A stretch of 64,000 bases of DNA from Octopus sinensis (lineage: Eukaryota): positions 36,642,001 to 36,706,000 of the forward strand of contig NC_042997.1 in the NCBI RefSeq assembly GCF_006345805.1, given 5' to 3'. A model generated the notes under the pieces. That model worked only from the letters and a program-made list of their open reading frames with translations, was not told where the DNA came from and did no database searches. The translations under genes were made by a program, and so were the position numbers. Of the stretch, positions 13,418 through 26,830 are shown one piece after another (positions within the stretch are counted from its first letter, which is position 1; each line of letters opens with the position of its first letter).

Positions 13418-15395
13418 TAGTAGCGTCCATAATATAAGGGTCTGTAAGAACAAGTGTATTGAAATAGTTATTACAGAAGATTAACGGCACATTGAGACTA
13501 GATATTTTAGACATATTTAGATACTTTTGATAAATATCTTTCGTGAAAATTTCAAGTAAATAGAATTATTTTGTATGTTGTGAGGAAATATAAAAAATCC
13601 TCCAAATTGCAGCGGCCAAAGGTTTCGCTGCAGTTCAGAAGACTGTTAATGGGCTAACAGTTATTTCTTATGATCTTTCATTACTGGAACATTCAAATGT
13701 CAACATAGCTACTTGTGAGAGACAACCGGTGTCCTGTGATGAAAAACAAAGGATTTTTTCCCTCACCAAGAGGGAAAAAGTTATGTGATAGCATCTACTA
13801 TAGGAAGGTCTAGAAGTGTTATGCAACAAATTGTAGCTCGTTTTAAGTCATAAGGATCGGCAGATGCTAAAGCTAAAACCGGTAGACCTCGTAAAACTTC
13901 AACAAGACAGGATCTATTATGGTTAGAATGTCACTGAAGGATAGGTTTAAGAGTGCTGCTGAGACATCCCACGAGTTTAGTTCCGCTTTTCGATGTCAGC
14001 GTATTGAGCAAAACAGTTTCTCGGAGGTTACGAGCATCTGGGTTGCTTGCCTGAGTACCGGCAAAGAATCCTTTGATCTCCAAGAAGAATCAAAGAGCCC
14101 GTCTTCATTTCATTTACGAACATGAATCGAAGTTTCATGTGATTGGTTACGATGGCAGGATGTACGTCCGATGAAGAAGTGGCGAAAGGTTATCCCGTGC
14201 ATGTGTGAAGAAGACAGTGAGATATGGAGGAGGCAGTGTAATGGTATGGAGATCGTTGTCTGCTGCTTATCTTTGTCCACTGATTCGGTTAAAAGGGACT
14301 GTCAATTACAAGGGACTGTTAATACTAAAGTCTACAAGTAGATTTTTAGATAGCATTGCCCTTCCATATCTCCGATCCTCATCAGTTGAACCTCATACCT
14401 TCGTGCAGGACAACGCCTCCTGTTACACTGCAAAGAGAGTCAAAGACTTTTTGATTGATGAAAGGGTTGATCTCATGGATTGGCTACTTCAAAGTCCCGA
14501 TTTCCACCCTATAGAAAACGTTTGGAAGATTATTGCAGATGAGGCGCGCGGGAGGAATCCAAAGAACCAAGACGAAGTTTGGGAATTATTCAGAAAAGAA
14601 TGGAACAATATTACTCCAACATTTTGCAAGAAATTAATTCAGTCCTGTGGTAACAGATGTCAGGAGGTCATTAATAATAAATGGACATTCACAGAATATT
14701 AATACTCTCTTTTACTCTTTTACTCCTTTACTTGTTTCAGTCATTTGACTGCGGCCATGCTGGAGCGCCGCCTTTAGTCGAGCAAATCGACCCCGAGACT
14801 TTTTCTTTGTAAGCCCAGTACTTATTATGTCGGTCTCTTTTGCCGAACCGCTAAGTGACGGGGACGTAAATACACCAGCATCGGTTGTCAAGCAATGCTA
14901 GGGGGACAAACACAGACACACAAACATATACACACACATATATATATACATATATACGACAGGCTTCTTTCAGTTTCCGTCTACCAAATCCACTCACAAG
15001 GCATTGGTCGGCCCGGGGCTATAGCAGAAGACACTTGCCCAAGATGCCACGCAGTGGGACTGAACCCGGAACGGTGTGGTTGGTTAGCAAGCTACTTACC
15101 ACACAGCCACTCCTGCGCCTATCAATAGTAGAGTTTTCTTGTTTGTTCTTGTCCTATTTTCTTTGTATTTTCTAAGTTGCACTTAATATTTGGCTGTGGC
15201 AATTTAGCAGGTAATTTTGTTTATTTCCTCATAATGTACGAAACCATTATTCCATTCATTTGAAATTTTTACGAGGAATAGGTATTAGATATATCTAAGT
15301 ATATGTAAAATATCTATTCTCAACATTTTGTTAATCCCCTCTAATAAATATTTCAATACACTTGTTCTTATTGACCCTTATACAATGGCCGCTAC

Positions 15396-15397
<2 letters not shown>
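13418..15397 (+). mobile_element. Tc1-family DNA transposon (DD34E), decayed, with ~210 bp TIRs and a nested SINE
   Basis: TIRs begin tagtagcg(t/g)ccat at both ends, TA flanks. Transposase KKTVRYGGGSVMVW...QDNAS-(34 aa spacing)-SPDFHPIE, stop at 14702. N-terminal half frameshifted. Confidence 0.93.
14705..15120 (-). mobile_element. SINE family 1 (aggcgcaggagtggctgtgtggtaag head, (agtaaaag)n tail), inserted in the Tc1
   Basis: tRNA-like head, central microsatellite, near-identical to 21416-21818. Confidence 0.92.
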
Positions 15398-15465
<68 letters not shown>

Positions 15466-15500
15466 CATGTAGGTATGCATGTATGTATGTATGTATGTAA
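15398..15500. repeat. (TA)n(TG)n(TATG)n microsatellite
   Basis: Direct inspection. Confidence 0.95.
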
Positions 15501-16654
15501 GTGGGTGGGTGTCGCTCACTTCGCATCTACCTTGTTGATTTGTGTTAACAATAAAAGCTACATCACTCAGAGCTCCCAATATAGGAAATTGGAAAATCAC
15601 ATCCTATGCTTCATGTAATTGAAATTTTTCTGCTGGAATGTGCCTTATGCAAAAATATTTCAATCAGGTTAGACGTCTTGATAAGGTAGTGCTATTTAAT
15701 ATTATAAAACTTTTTACTTTTAACAAAGCCAGTGCATATGTAATACCAAAGATATTACATTAATTAAATATTTTACATTAATTAAAATATGAATGCACCA
15801 TTTCCTTCGTAAATTGTAGGTAATTAAATTTAGAGGTCTTCTGGATGACATGCTTAAATATCGTTGGCACATTGACATTCAATGCAAGTCCAACATTACC
15901 ATGTAGATTAAACATGCACTCGACCAAATACCCCTGTTATATGCAGTAGAGTAGTATAATATCTCTAACATCAAACTGGCGTGTGTTTTTATTTCGTTTT
16001 CAGCGTCGCATTCGATTCGTACTGTAAGAAAAACAGGCAAGAATTCACTCGTTTTATGAAGTATAGCTCTGTAATATCAGCGTAAAGCCACATAGAATAA
16101 ATATTATTAGTAAACCAGGCAGTGAAGCGATCAGGACGGCGAAAGAAAATGAAATATAAATTTCTATAACTCTGTGATATGATCGCTATACAATATTTTT
16201 CATTATAACAGAAGATTTACGTGGATGAAACAACACACAAAAAAATAGAACGCAAAAAGAAAGCAATCCACCAGAATAAATGCATTACGGTATCTTGTTC
16301 CATTCTATCGAGGTTATTTGTTTAAATATTCTCGAGTAGATTTTTTATATTTCGTAACTCTGGCTACAAGGAAATAGGAACTAGTTTCACTGGCGTCGTT
16401 TCAATCAATCATATTCCATTGTGTACTTACTTGTTTTACTGCAAGGAATCAATAACTTGCAATACACAGACTAATAGTCCGAAGAGTAAAAGTTAATATC
16501 TCGGCGGGGGATATCACAAACGTGGTTTTTCATTTGCAGTGAATGTCATGTACATATATTTACGTTACTACTCTTTTTGAGTAATGATGAATATCTAAAC
16601 ACATTATCTGCAAAATATATACGACCAGTGAAAAAAAAAAAATCAATATTTTAC

Positions 16655-16799
16655 TTCTGAAGTGCTGATTCTATTTGTGAAAAAGACGGGCTTCCCGTCG
16701 CTATTTGAAACCAATTTTCATTCACATATACTGTTGAGTCTAGAAAGGACCCTGTCTGTCTCAATATATTATTTTTCTGCCCCTTAAAGTTATATAAAC
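16655..16799 (-). CDS. Candidate 145 nt internal coding exon of an unidentified gene
   Basis: Acceptor atatttttccag, open frame GLYNFKGQKNNILRQTGSFLDSTVYVNENWFQIATGSPSFSQIESALQ, donor AA|gtaaaa. No family recognised. Confidence 0.3.
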
Positions 16800-17005
16800 C
16801 TGGAAAAATATTTGAATGGAATCCGACTATACATATTTTATTGTATTTATAATATATCTTCATAAAACAGCTGGCAACCCAAGAAGTTTCTTAAGTAAAA
16901 ACATTAACTTTTAACGTAAAACTATAGTTTGCTGTAATTAATTACCGCAAGCTTACGCTCTTTAAACAGCAGAAGGATTTCTTTAGTGGCCAAGAATATG
17001 AATTG

Positions 17006-17389
17006 ACTAGCAGTATCGCCCGGCGTTGCTCGGGTTTGTAAGGCAAATAACTATAAAGCATTTTTAGATAGTTATAGCCAAAATATAGCAAAAAAATGGG
17101 AAAAAATGATGGTAAATTTTTTTGAGAGTTAAAAAGATCGAGTGGCGTCCCCTAGACAGTCTGTGGTTTGTGTTTCTCATTCTCGACCCCATGTCGAATT
17201 TATCGATTTTTTTAAGAACTGGGGGAACTTTTCAAAATTTTCGCTGCGTTAGTTTTGAATTATGACATTGAGCTATGTGTGTGTCACGTTTCATCAGAAT
17301 CGGTTGAAAGCCGTGGTCAAGGTGAGGGTACAACCTAACAGACACACAGACACGCACACAGACAAACTGCCGTTTATATAGAGAGAGAT
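17006..17389 (+). mobile_element. Non-autonomous Helentron/HINE-like element
   Basis: 5' actagcagtatcgcccggcgttgctcggg and 3' acagacaaac...tttatatagaga. The first ~60 bp are shared with the 26831 copy. Confidence 0.7.
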
Positions 17390-17476
17390 TACTGCTGAAT
17401 TCCACAAAACATGAACTCACAGAATTCCACATAACTTCCTGCATATTTACATTTGGAAATATATATATGTATATGT

Positions 17477-17784
17477 GGAGGCGCAATGGCCCAGTGGTTA
17501 GGGCTGCAGACTCGCGGTCGTAGGATCGCGGTTTCGATTCCCAGACCGGGTGTTGTGAGTGTTTATTGAGCGAAAACACCTAAAGAGCTCCACGACGCTC
17601 CGGCAGGGGTGGTGGTGATCCCTGCTGTACTCATTCACTACACTTTCTCCCACTCTTTCTTCTGTTGGCCTGCTCGCTTAGCCAGCGGAGTGCCGTCATT
17701 CGAAGGCTAAACCAATGCGAACGCATTGTGACCAGTGATGTGTAACAACATCTGATTGTCTGGTCGGTCACGTGATCACGTGAT
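17477..17784 (+). mobile_element. tRNA-derived SINE family 3
   Basis: A box tggcccagtgg, B box gtttcgattcc, tail of repeated cacgtgat. Confidence 0.8.
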
Positions 17785-18019
17785 ATATGTATATAATTCA
17801 ATGATTTGCAAAATGCATTAGGATGTCGACAGTTGATCGAGATGTGACTAATTTATTGAATAGTTGCAGTAAACAATTTCATGCTCTTTTTATAGTCGGT
17901 CTCATTATTTACTCAAGCAGGTTGAGTATATCGCTGGACTAAATTATATAATTTGATTGACATCAGCTATTACTAACATTCATTTATTTATCAATGAAGT
18001 TATAATAATTTATTCTGAA

Positions 18020-18200
18020 ATATTGTAGGGACAGGCCAGTCGATTACATTGACAAAGTGCTTGAGTACTTGATATATCGAACAAGAAATGATAAAAAGGT
18101 AAATTCGACCTTGACGGAATTTGGAAACAGACAGTAAAGACGGAAGTAACGATCCTTACCATATTTAACGAGTTCTAATGATACTGCCAACTCATCGCCT
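18020..18200 (-). mobile_element. Old SINE family 2 copy
   Basis: Degenerate match (gtcgattacattgac ... ctgccaactcatcgcc). Confidence 0.65.
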
Positions 18201-18240
18201 TTGTCAGGCAATTAATGATTACAACGGGTATGTATGCATA

Positions 18241-19093
18241 TACACGATGCCTGATCAACAAGTATTCGCACTGTTGTCATAGTAACAAAGCTAATGCAGA
18301 AAGTGAAATCGCTTGGCAAAGATTGACCTTGAACTCTGTTGTTTATGCGCACTAAGTTTTAGCGTCCTAGGTCACATCCACTGTTTACAACAGTGCATGG
18401 AAGGGAGATGAGTAGTATTGACTATTACAGAGGAAGATGTCCGAATGCAGATAAGAAGTACATCAAAATAACGGCATCAAATGCGATTTTTCCTAGGTTT
18501 GTAGCGAGAGAGTAGGATTTTATGGCTCGTTTCGTCATCATGTATGAAATTTTACTTCATAATTAGGATCCACAGAACAAGCAGCAATGAATTTTATGAC
18601 TCCACAGCCGTTCACCTCGTCGCAAGACGTTTCGCACACAGAAGTCAGGTGGGAAGAATTTGGCATTACAAAAGGGTCGCACCATCAACGCAGAATATTA
18701 TGCCTCTGCGTAAAGGTTTGAAGCAGAAACGCCCCAGCACATACAGCACATGCAACACTGGAGTATATAGGAGACTTTTGCTTCAAATTGGTAGACCACC
18801 TACCACACTCTTCTGACTTGCCACCCTCCGACACCACTTTTTTCCACAACTGACGAAATATATCTAGGTCAGGAATTTTCACTCCTTTTCGAAAGTGATC
18901 ACTGCTATAGAAGCCTGGTGGAAAGCTCAACATTCCGAGTCCTTTTTACAAGGCTTATAAAAACTGAAGAGCCACTGCAATACGTGTCTCAATCTGAGAG
19001 GGCAATATGTTGAATAAAAGCATACATAATTAAAGTTTGAAACAAGAAAGATACTCGGAGAAAAATAACGGAAAAATCTTGATACACTTGTAT
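18241..19093 (+). mobile_element. Heavily decayed, internally deleted mariner element
   Basis: KGRTINAEYYA, FKLVDHLPHSSDLPPSD (cf. YSPDLAPSD), EVITAIEAWW...RGQYVE*. Degenerate TIRs. Confidence 0.8.
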
Positions 19094-19199
19094 AGCGAAA
19101 TCATGAGATCGTGTACGTAAAACTATATATGTCATAAATTTTTAATTTATTCAAATATCCCTCCTAGACAGTGATAAAATACAGGTAAGACTTAGAAAT

Positions 19200-19410
19200 A
19201 CTGAATAGAAAGCAAAGATAAGTTCAACAAATGAGGAATCAATTCGATCTTGATTGAACTGGCGTAGGAAGAAAAGGAAAATTATAATGGAAGTCGTTAA
19301 TGACTACATTCCATCGTAAATTTACGATGGAATATAGCGATCAACAATTTCCATTTCACGATATCCTCATTAAGAAATCAAAAAACGAAACAGTAATATA
19401 CAGTTCTATA
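19200..19410 (+). mobile_element. Penelope-like RT fragment
   Basis: KFTMEYSDQQFPFHDILI, cf. the PLE motif KFTxExExxxxLPFLDVLI. Confidence 0.65.
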
Positions 19411-19424
19411 TTTAAGAGATGAGT

Positions 19425-19564
19425 CATTTACAATTGACGGATATTTGTCCTCATCTGGTTTGTTCTTATCGCAACGTTTTAACTGATATACCCTCCAGCC
19501 TTCATCGAGTGTCCTGGGGAAATTTCGAACCTAGTTCTCATTCCTAAGGTATTTTTCGATGTTG

Positions 19565-19603
<39 letters not shown>

Positions 19604-19672
19604 TCCCTGCCTGGAATTGAACTCGGAATCTTGGTGTTAGTAGCCGGCGCTCTTAACTTCTACGCCGTATGG
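19425..19672 (-). mobile_element. tRNA-headed hammerhead SINE (HHR family A), copy 2, ribozyme core mutated
   Basis: Colinear with 1432-1690. Core reads tcgatga...ggctggagggtatatcagtt aaaacgtt. Confidence 0.8.
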
Positions 19673-19679
19673 AGTGAAA

Positions 19680-20345
19680 TTTAGGGCTTATAAATCTAAT
19701 ATGTTCATATCCTTCCTTAATACCGGTTCCCAAATGCTGTTCATATCTGTACTCGGTCTACTTAGGCGGTTGTTGTGTTCTAGCATATGTGCTGCTTCTT
19801 TTAGTTTTCGTATTTTCCAATGGTGTTATCTGTCTATTATTTTGACTTAATCCCACAGGGGAGGTGGTCTCCATTTTTCCATAAATGATCAAATATACTC
19901 GATTTATCAAAATTTCCCCGTGTCACAGCTTTGCGATGTTCCTCTACCCTTAGTTTGAGGGGCGGCATGTTTCGCCTTTGTATAACCTACCACAGCTGCA
20001 TGGGATGGAGTACACGCAGTTCTTAGTGATATTCCCTTCTATTCGTGGCTTTACTCGAATGAGATATTTGCGAAGTGTTGTATTACATTTCAATACTGTC
20101 CTGATGTCAGATGGGCCGCATATCTTTTGTATCTTTTCGGGGAGGCCTTTTACTTAGGGTGGACAGACTGTGAACAGTTTATCGATTTTAAATCCTTTCC
20201 TTTCTTCCTAATTGGAGTGGAGAGTATGCTTTTGGGGTAGTTGTTGCTTAATAGATTGTTACTGAGCTTGATCATTTCTTCGTGCTGTGTATCACGATCG
20301 CAACTTATAATCTTTGCTCTATGTTTCAGGCACTCGTTCCCATTA
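19680..20345 (-). mobile_element. Penelope-like element, RT C-terminus plus GIY-YIG endonuclease (Penelope/Poseidon-like)
   Basis: HRAKII...NNYPKSIL; VKGLPEKIQKICG...NCVYSIPCSCGRLYKGETCRPLKLRVEEHRK; KLKEAAHM. Confidence 0.9.
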
Positions 20346-20480
20346 CCTAGCGGTTCAGCAAAAGCGACCCATAGGATAAACACAAGGCTTAGAAAGAATA
20401 AGTTCTGAGGTCGATTTTTTCGGGTAAACCCGGTGCTCCAGCATGGCCCTAGTCAATTGACTGAAACAAATAAATTAAAA
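20346..20480 (+). mobile_element. SINE family 1, 3' fragment
   Basis: ctagcggttcagcaaaag ... ggtgctccagcatggcc ... gactgaaacaa. Confidence 0.75.
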
Positions 20481-20489
20481 GAAAGAATA

Positions 20490-20495
20490 TATATA

Positions 20496-20538
<43 letters not shown>

Positions 20539-20627
20539 ATATATATATATATTTATGTACAGAGAAAGAGAGAGAGGGAACGATATATATATATATATAG
20601 AGAGAGAGAGATAAATAATAGATAGAT

Positions 20628-20671
<44 letters not shown>

Positions 20672-20705
20672 TGATAGATAGATAGACAGATAGATATATA
20701 TATAC
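20490..20705. repeat. (TA)n/(GA)n/(GATA)n microsatellite
   Basis: Direct inspection. Confidence 0.95.
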
Positions 20706-21183
20706 TAGAAACGGAAATAACAATACTGAGGCGACTATCTCTGTTTATTTCATTCTCAACGTCAATCAATGCTCATTTTTAAAAACATGTTTTTAACTGG
20801 CTGCCTCATAAATAATAGGAAAATACACTCCTTCAGCTTATGTTTTTGCGGCAGTAGTAGTAAATCACTGCTTGCGAATTTAAAATCAATGTATAACGCA
20901 CATACCAGAGAATAGATACAAAAGTCGCAGTTGTAAATGTTCCTCTTTACATTTGAATGAAACTTCCGATAGCTACAATCAAGCTTAGAAAGTATCTTAA
21001 ACAGAAGATACTATCAATTACTTCTAAAGGAATTACTATTAATTACCATTAACTATAGCTGTTATGTAGTAAATATTAAATATATCTTTTTAATCATTCT
21101 GATTAATTACGTTTCATACCTTGTTGTAAATACAGACGAAAATCCAGTAATGGCGATATCTTTGTAAGTTAATTCGTTATATA

Positions 21184-21400
21184 TTGGTTTAAAATTTTGG
21201 TATAAGGCCAGCAATTTCGGCGGAGGGGGGGGGAAGTTGGTTACATCGACCCCAGTGCTTAACTGGTACAAATTTTATCGGCCCCGAATGGATGAATGTC
21301 AAAATTGACCGAAGCAGAATTTGAATTTAGAAGTTAAAGATGGTCGAAATGCTTAGCAGCATTTCGCCCGGTGTGCTAATGATTCTGCCGGATTGCCGTC
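21184..21400 (-). mobile_element. SINE family 2 copy (older tail variant)
   Basis: atcgaccccagtgcttaactggtac ... catttcgcccggtgtgctaatgattctgcc. Confidence 0.8.
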
Positions 21401-21415
21401 ATCACAATTTTGATA

Positions 21416-21818
21416 TTTACTCTTTTACTCTTTTACTTGTTTCAGTCAATTGACTGCGGCCATGCTGGAGCACCGCCTTTAGTCGAGCAAATCGACCCCG
21501 GGACGTATTCTTTGTAAGCCCAGTACTTATTCTATGGTCTCTTTTGCCGAACCGCTAGGTGACGGGGACGTAAATACACCAGCATCGGTTGTCAAGCAAT
21601 GCTAGGGGGACAAACACAGACACACAAACACACACACATATATATACATATATACGACAGGCTTCTTTCAGTTTCCGTCTACCAAATCCACTCACAAGGC
21701 ATTGGTCGGCCCGGAGCTATAGCAGAAGACACTTGCCCAAGATGCCACGCAGTGGGACTGAACCCGGAACCATGTGGTTGGTAGACAAGCTACTTACCAC
21801 ACAGCCACTCCTGCGCCT
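21416..21818 (-). mobile_element. SINE family 1, full length
   Basis: Near-identical to 14705-15120. Confidence 0.92.
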
Positions 21819-23671
21819 ATATATATGATACTTCCAGACTAGGTGTGTTATCACTGTATTTTCCGTCATTACTGGACCAGTTTTAACGTTAGCAAATTTG
21901 AAAAAGATACAAAGTATCGAAATCGAGTGATGCTACTTTTCTTTTAAAGCTATTTAATGAAACAAAATACAAGTTGTGAATCTCGTTCAGCTGGCGGTTT
22001 GTGATGTGGCCAGCGTTAATCTAAGAAATTTCCTAAAATCATATTCAGCAACCAAGCTGTAAATATGTATTTTGTGTAGATACCTAAGCGTCGAAAAATA
22101 TAATTAAAACATTCTAAAAATTGTAACTGTATAATTTTACAGTGTCTAGTTATATACTATATAATCATAGCAATGGAGTTTAATTGGTTTGTTCCTCAAT
22201 TTATGAATTAAAACTAGTGAGATTTGTTGTTGGAATTTACGGTTAAATTCAAGAGAAATATGGCTCCTGGTTGTCTAAATTGAATTACACAGTGTAGATA
22301 AAATGCTAAAAATAATCCGTACCAAAAAATCAGAGAAAAATGAAATGCATAACATACTATACTATGCGTTTTAATGCAACAGAAAAATGATGAAAGCATA
22401 TTTTAAACTTTCACCTATGTGTTGCTAATAAACTTATACAAGTGACAATGATATTTTCATTTAGGTAAGGAACAAAAACTGTAACACTTTGTTTAAACAA
22501 CAGAAAAATTAACTTTTCATATATGTTGTTTCTCTTTCCTTTTGTCAACTTTTGAAATGTGGGAGGTAGTAATGGGGAAAGCAACAAAATATTCATCGAA
22601 GATTTGGTTTATTCTCTTATGAAAAAATAAAAGATGCCTATAGATCATTTGAAAATATTTTAATTGTAATTCAGAGAAGTTAGATCCCATCAGCTGAAAA
22701 TCAAAGATCGAGGACAACTAGGGGTGGGGCAGAGGATATTTGCTACTGAATTATGAAGAAATACCTTTAGGAAAAGGTTATATCATGATATAGAAGAATA
22801 GGAGAGAAAATGTTATGTAATAATTAATTTAAAAGGATGCTAACGATTAATTCCTCAAATTCTCTTGGCGAGCGAGTAAATACAAAACATATTAAACCGG
22901 TTTCTAACTTAGATTCAAGACTCCTTCCTTTGAATTTCAACATTAATAAGTTCAAGCCTGGTAATATCTCCTCTATATTGTATTTGTATGTATTTTAAGA
23001 TGCGTCTTTATGAAGCCCAATGTTTATGATTGGTTTCAAGGAACAGGAATGCAATATTGAGCAACTTATCTGTATGACGCATACATCAGTGTATAATGAA
23101 ACACATATCATTCTGTCCACTTCTGCAACACCAGTATTGGTCCAGTTCTGTCGGCTGCGTTGTTACTGTAGCAGAAATAGTAGAATTAGAGAAGCAGAAC
23201 TAGAGTCTTAGGCTTATTCAGTGCAACCATCGACAAAAGACTCCAAATTCAATACATACGTATCTTTAGCTACCAAATCCAGTCAATATCTCAAAGGAAA
23301 ATTCATCAAAGGGTGCTTCATACTCATATACTTGTGAAAGTGTATCTACTTCTACAATGAAACGAAGCTTTCAGTATAACATTACTGCAGAGCATCAATC
23401 CGAACTATTTTCTATTTACATATAGATCTACAATGCTTCGCTATTCTCTCCCTTCAAAACGACGAATGATATTAGCTGAGGGTTAATTATTTCAAGTATG
23501 TCACAAGACAATGAAACCGCTAGGGGTCCCATCGGACACCTATGGAATCGATAATAAATTCGTATGAATGTATGTCCGTAAATTTACTTCGTTATTTTGA
23601 TCAATGCTCATGCTGAAGTATTAATTGCAGAGTACGCATAGGTCAAATTTTCCAGAAAATCTAAGTGTTAA

Positions 23672-24186
23672 TACATACATACATACATACATACATACAT
23701 ACATACATACATACATACATACATACATACATACATACATACGTACATACATACATACATATATACATACATAGATACACACATACATACCTACAAAAAT
23801 ACCCTGTTGTTGATGTTGAAATTCCAAGGAAGGAGTCTTCGATCTAGGTTAGAAACCGGTTCTTTCTCTATTGACAACAAATTTTTAAATAACATGAAAA
23901 TGTGTCATACATACATACGTACGTACATACATTCATATACACACACATGCATACATGCATTCATACATACATACATGCATACATACATACATACGTACAT
24001 ACATGCATACATGCATACATACATACGTACGTACATACACACAGAAGCATGCATACATACATACATACATACATAAGTACGTACGTACATACATACATAC
24101 ATACATACATACATACATACATACATACATACATACATACATACATACATACATACATACGTACATACGTACATACATACATACAT
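23672..24186. repeat. (ACAT)n microsatellite blocks (23672-23790, 23906-24186)
   Basis: Direct inspection. Confidence 0.95.
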
Positions 24187-25164
24187 AGAGAATACCACTG
24201 TTATTTAATGCGTACACAAATAACAGCACCAGAAGTACCGGTGGAGCATCCCCATGGAAACATCAGACAAGTGTAAACACAACAGACGATATATCCTTAT
24301 TTGGGAGGGACAAGAAAAAAAGTATGTCCTTTCATAGAGTTCGGCTGGCTTGCTGATGTAAATAGCTCTTTGAAAATCAAGGAGAGAGAAGAAAATGTTG
24401 GACAACTACTCCGAAATCTCCAACTTCCCTATGCGGATTAAAAACTTCCATCTGTACCAATAATAATTAGATTACTTCGTTATGTAATTAAGTGCCTATT
24501 TGTCAGTCACAATAAGCTTGGATTTTCAGAAAAAAGAAATCAACCACCTGATTCGTATATAACAAACACGACTTGTAAGCGAAACGGTAAACTATGCTAG
24601 ACTTCTCTCTGGTTTAGAATGTGATATTGTTTTCCTTACCAACATTCGAAAGATGAAGAACTTAAAGGATTAAATACGGAAAAAAACACACACACGCACA
24701 TACAGAAACACATACATATATATACACACATTTGTACATCTGTATGTATGTACGTATGTGTATGTGCCGTATGGTTTATTGAGCAAACGCAAGCAAATAT
24801 TAGAAATCCATGTGTTCGGTTTCCTTTCAAAACTCCTTATTTTGGGAACGGATGCTTTATTATTCCATCTTTCATTCGGTCCTTCTATTCCAATATGTAT
24901 ATGCAAACAAGTTCAAGTGTAAAATAAATGTGTAGAAAAAATATTTACGCTTATCGATTATATCTTACAGCTATATCATTATCAATAGCACCTGTTATGT
25001 AAGGAATACCAGAAAAACAGAATAAATCTTTAATTCATCAGAAATTGTATAACGAACGTAATTCGCACCTAAGTTATACATAGCGTTCGAGGAAAATTTG
25101 ATGGTTTGCATAAAAGGAAAATAATGCAATATCCCAATAAAAACATAAGTATGTTTTTAAAATT

Positions 25165-25543
25165 AAGAGTGGCTGTGTGGTAAGTAGCTTGCTAACCAAC
25201 CACATGGTTCCGGGTTCAGTCCCACTGCGTGGCATCTTGGGCAAGTGTCTTCTGCTATAGCCCCGGGCCTACCAATGCCTTGTGAGTGGATTTGGTAGAG
25301 GGAAACTGAAAGAAGCCTGTCGTATATATGTATATATATATGTATGTGTGTGTATATGTTTATGTGTCTGTGTTTGTTCCCCTAGCACTGCTTGACAACT
25401 AGCGGTTCGGCAAAAAGAGACCGATAGAATAAGTACTGGGATTACAAAAAGAATAAGTCCCGGGGTCGAGTTGCTCGACTAAAGGCGGTGCTCCAGCATG
25501 GCTGCAGTTTCAAATGACTGAAACAAGTAAAGAGAGAGAGTAA
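25165..25543 (+). mobile_element. SINE family 1 copy
   Basis: gagtggctgtgtggtaagtagcttgc ... gactgaaacaagtaaag. Confidence 0.9.
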
Positions 25544-26207
25544 ATTATCAACTAGATTCTGACTTGTTTATACATCAATTTCGACGTGCAGACTCAGTAA
25601 GGCGACTGCTGTGTACTTTCTTGCTGATCATGGCGCCGTCGACTCCGCTGCACCTCTCCATGCCACATCTTACAGCCTTAACATCTTACAGCCTTACAGT
25701 GTTCTCAACGCATTGAGCAGCAGTCATGTTGTTGGCAGTTTCATACACGGCGCAATTCATGAAGCTAACTTTATCTTAACCACATTTTCAATCTTTGTAC
25801 TCTCCAACGCCGTTGTCTCTTCACCAATGCATCAAAGAGACATTTTAAAAAATCGTCAGATATTGTGCGAACGCAATGTGTAATGGACATTTGTCAGTGA
25901 CAAGGTAACAAAAAATATTGTAGTCTTGTTAAAATGGGAAAGGGAGTTTACATAATAAAGTTATAAGGGTAGAGAATGTTTTATTGTAGAAGAGAAAAAG
26001 AGTTCCTTCAGGTCCACGTTATGACTGTGCTACTGTGTAGAATCAATTCTACATATTAGATATCAGATTTCTTAGCAAATAATGTGTAGTTCACAGCTAG
26101 CTGAAAATTATCACTTATTTCAAGATACCCCTAGTATATGCATATCAACGTAAATAAATATCTTATTAATATAAGCATACCTACATATCAATACATCACT
26201 CTATGTC

Positions 26208-26209
26208 AG

Positions 26210-26284
<75 letters not shown>

Positions 26285-26305
26285 ATCTGTCTATCTATCT
26301 ATTTG
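26208..26305. repeat. (TCTA)n microsatellite
   Basis: Direct inspection. Confidence 0.95.
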
Positions 26306-26830
26306 TTTGTGTGGAACCTCTAGTCAGGTACACGGGTTCACTTTTCTGACCACCTCGCGTTGCCTATTGTATAGTTCTCGCTCTCATGACTATGCTCAGT
26401 AAAACAACTCATAACATTACCCTTCAGGCAACCTTCCTCACTTCTTTCTTGCCTGAAATCACCCTTACATTTCAAATAATTAGGAAGCAAATTAGCCGTT
26501 TTTACCGTCATGTTTTTACCGTTGCGTACCAGCGATGACTATAGACAGATCTCCGTCCTGTTAATCAGAACTATAAAGTAACATATCTGTATCCTGGCGA
26601 ATTATAAGAGTTATATGACACTTCGTGTACTTAATGCCACAATGTGTAATAACTATAATAACTACACTATAAAAGGAAATACCAACCGGAGCAGCTTTTT
26701 TTCCCACTTCGTGCATAGAATGTGGAATTTTCAAAAATTAATAACTGTGAGGTAATCTTCTCATATATTTACCGAGAAAATAATTACAAGATATAAGAGG
26801 AAAATTACCCCTCTCTCAATGTTATATGAT

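Noticed and set aside
14885-15175. Repeated ORFs MSSNARGTNTDTQ.../MLGGQTQTHK... (also at 21589)
   Set aside because: Antisense frames of SINE family 1, not a gene family.
17477-17550. tRNA gene-like sequences here and at 1432 and 36192
   Set aside because: They lack a proper acceptor stem and continue into repeat bodies, so they are SINE heads.
24190-24325. Plus-strand exon candidate RIPLLFNAY...GRDKKK with gtatgt donor
   Set aside because: The acceptor is only the end of an (ACAT)n tract, with no supporting neighbours.
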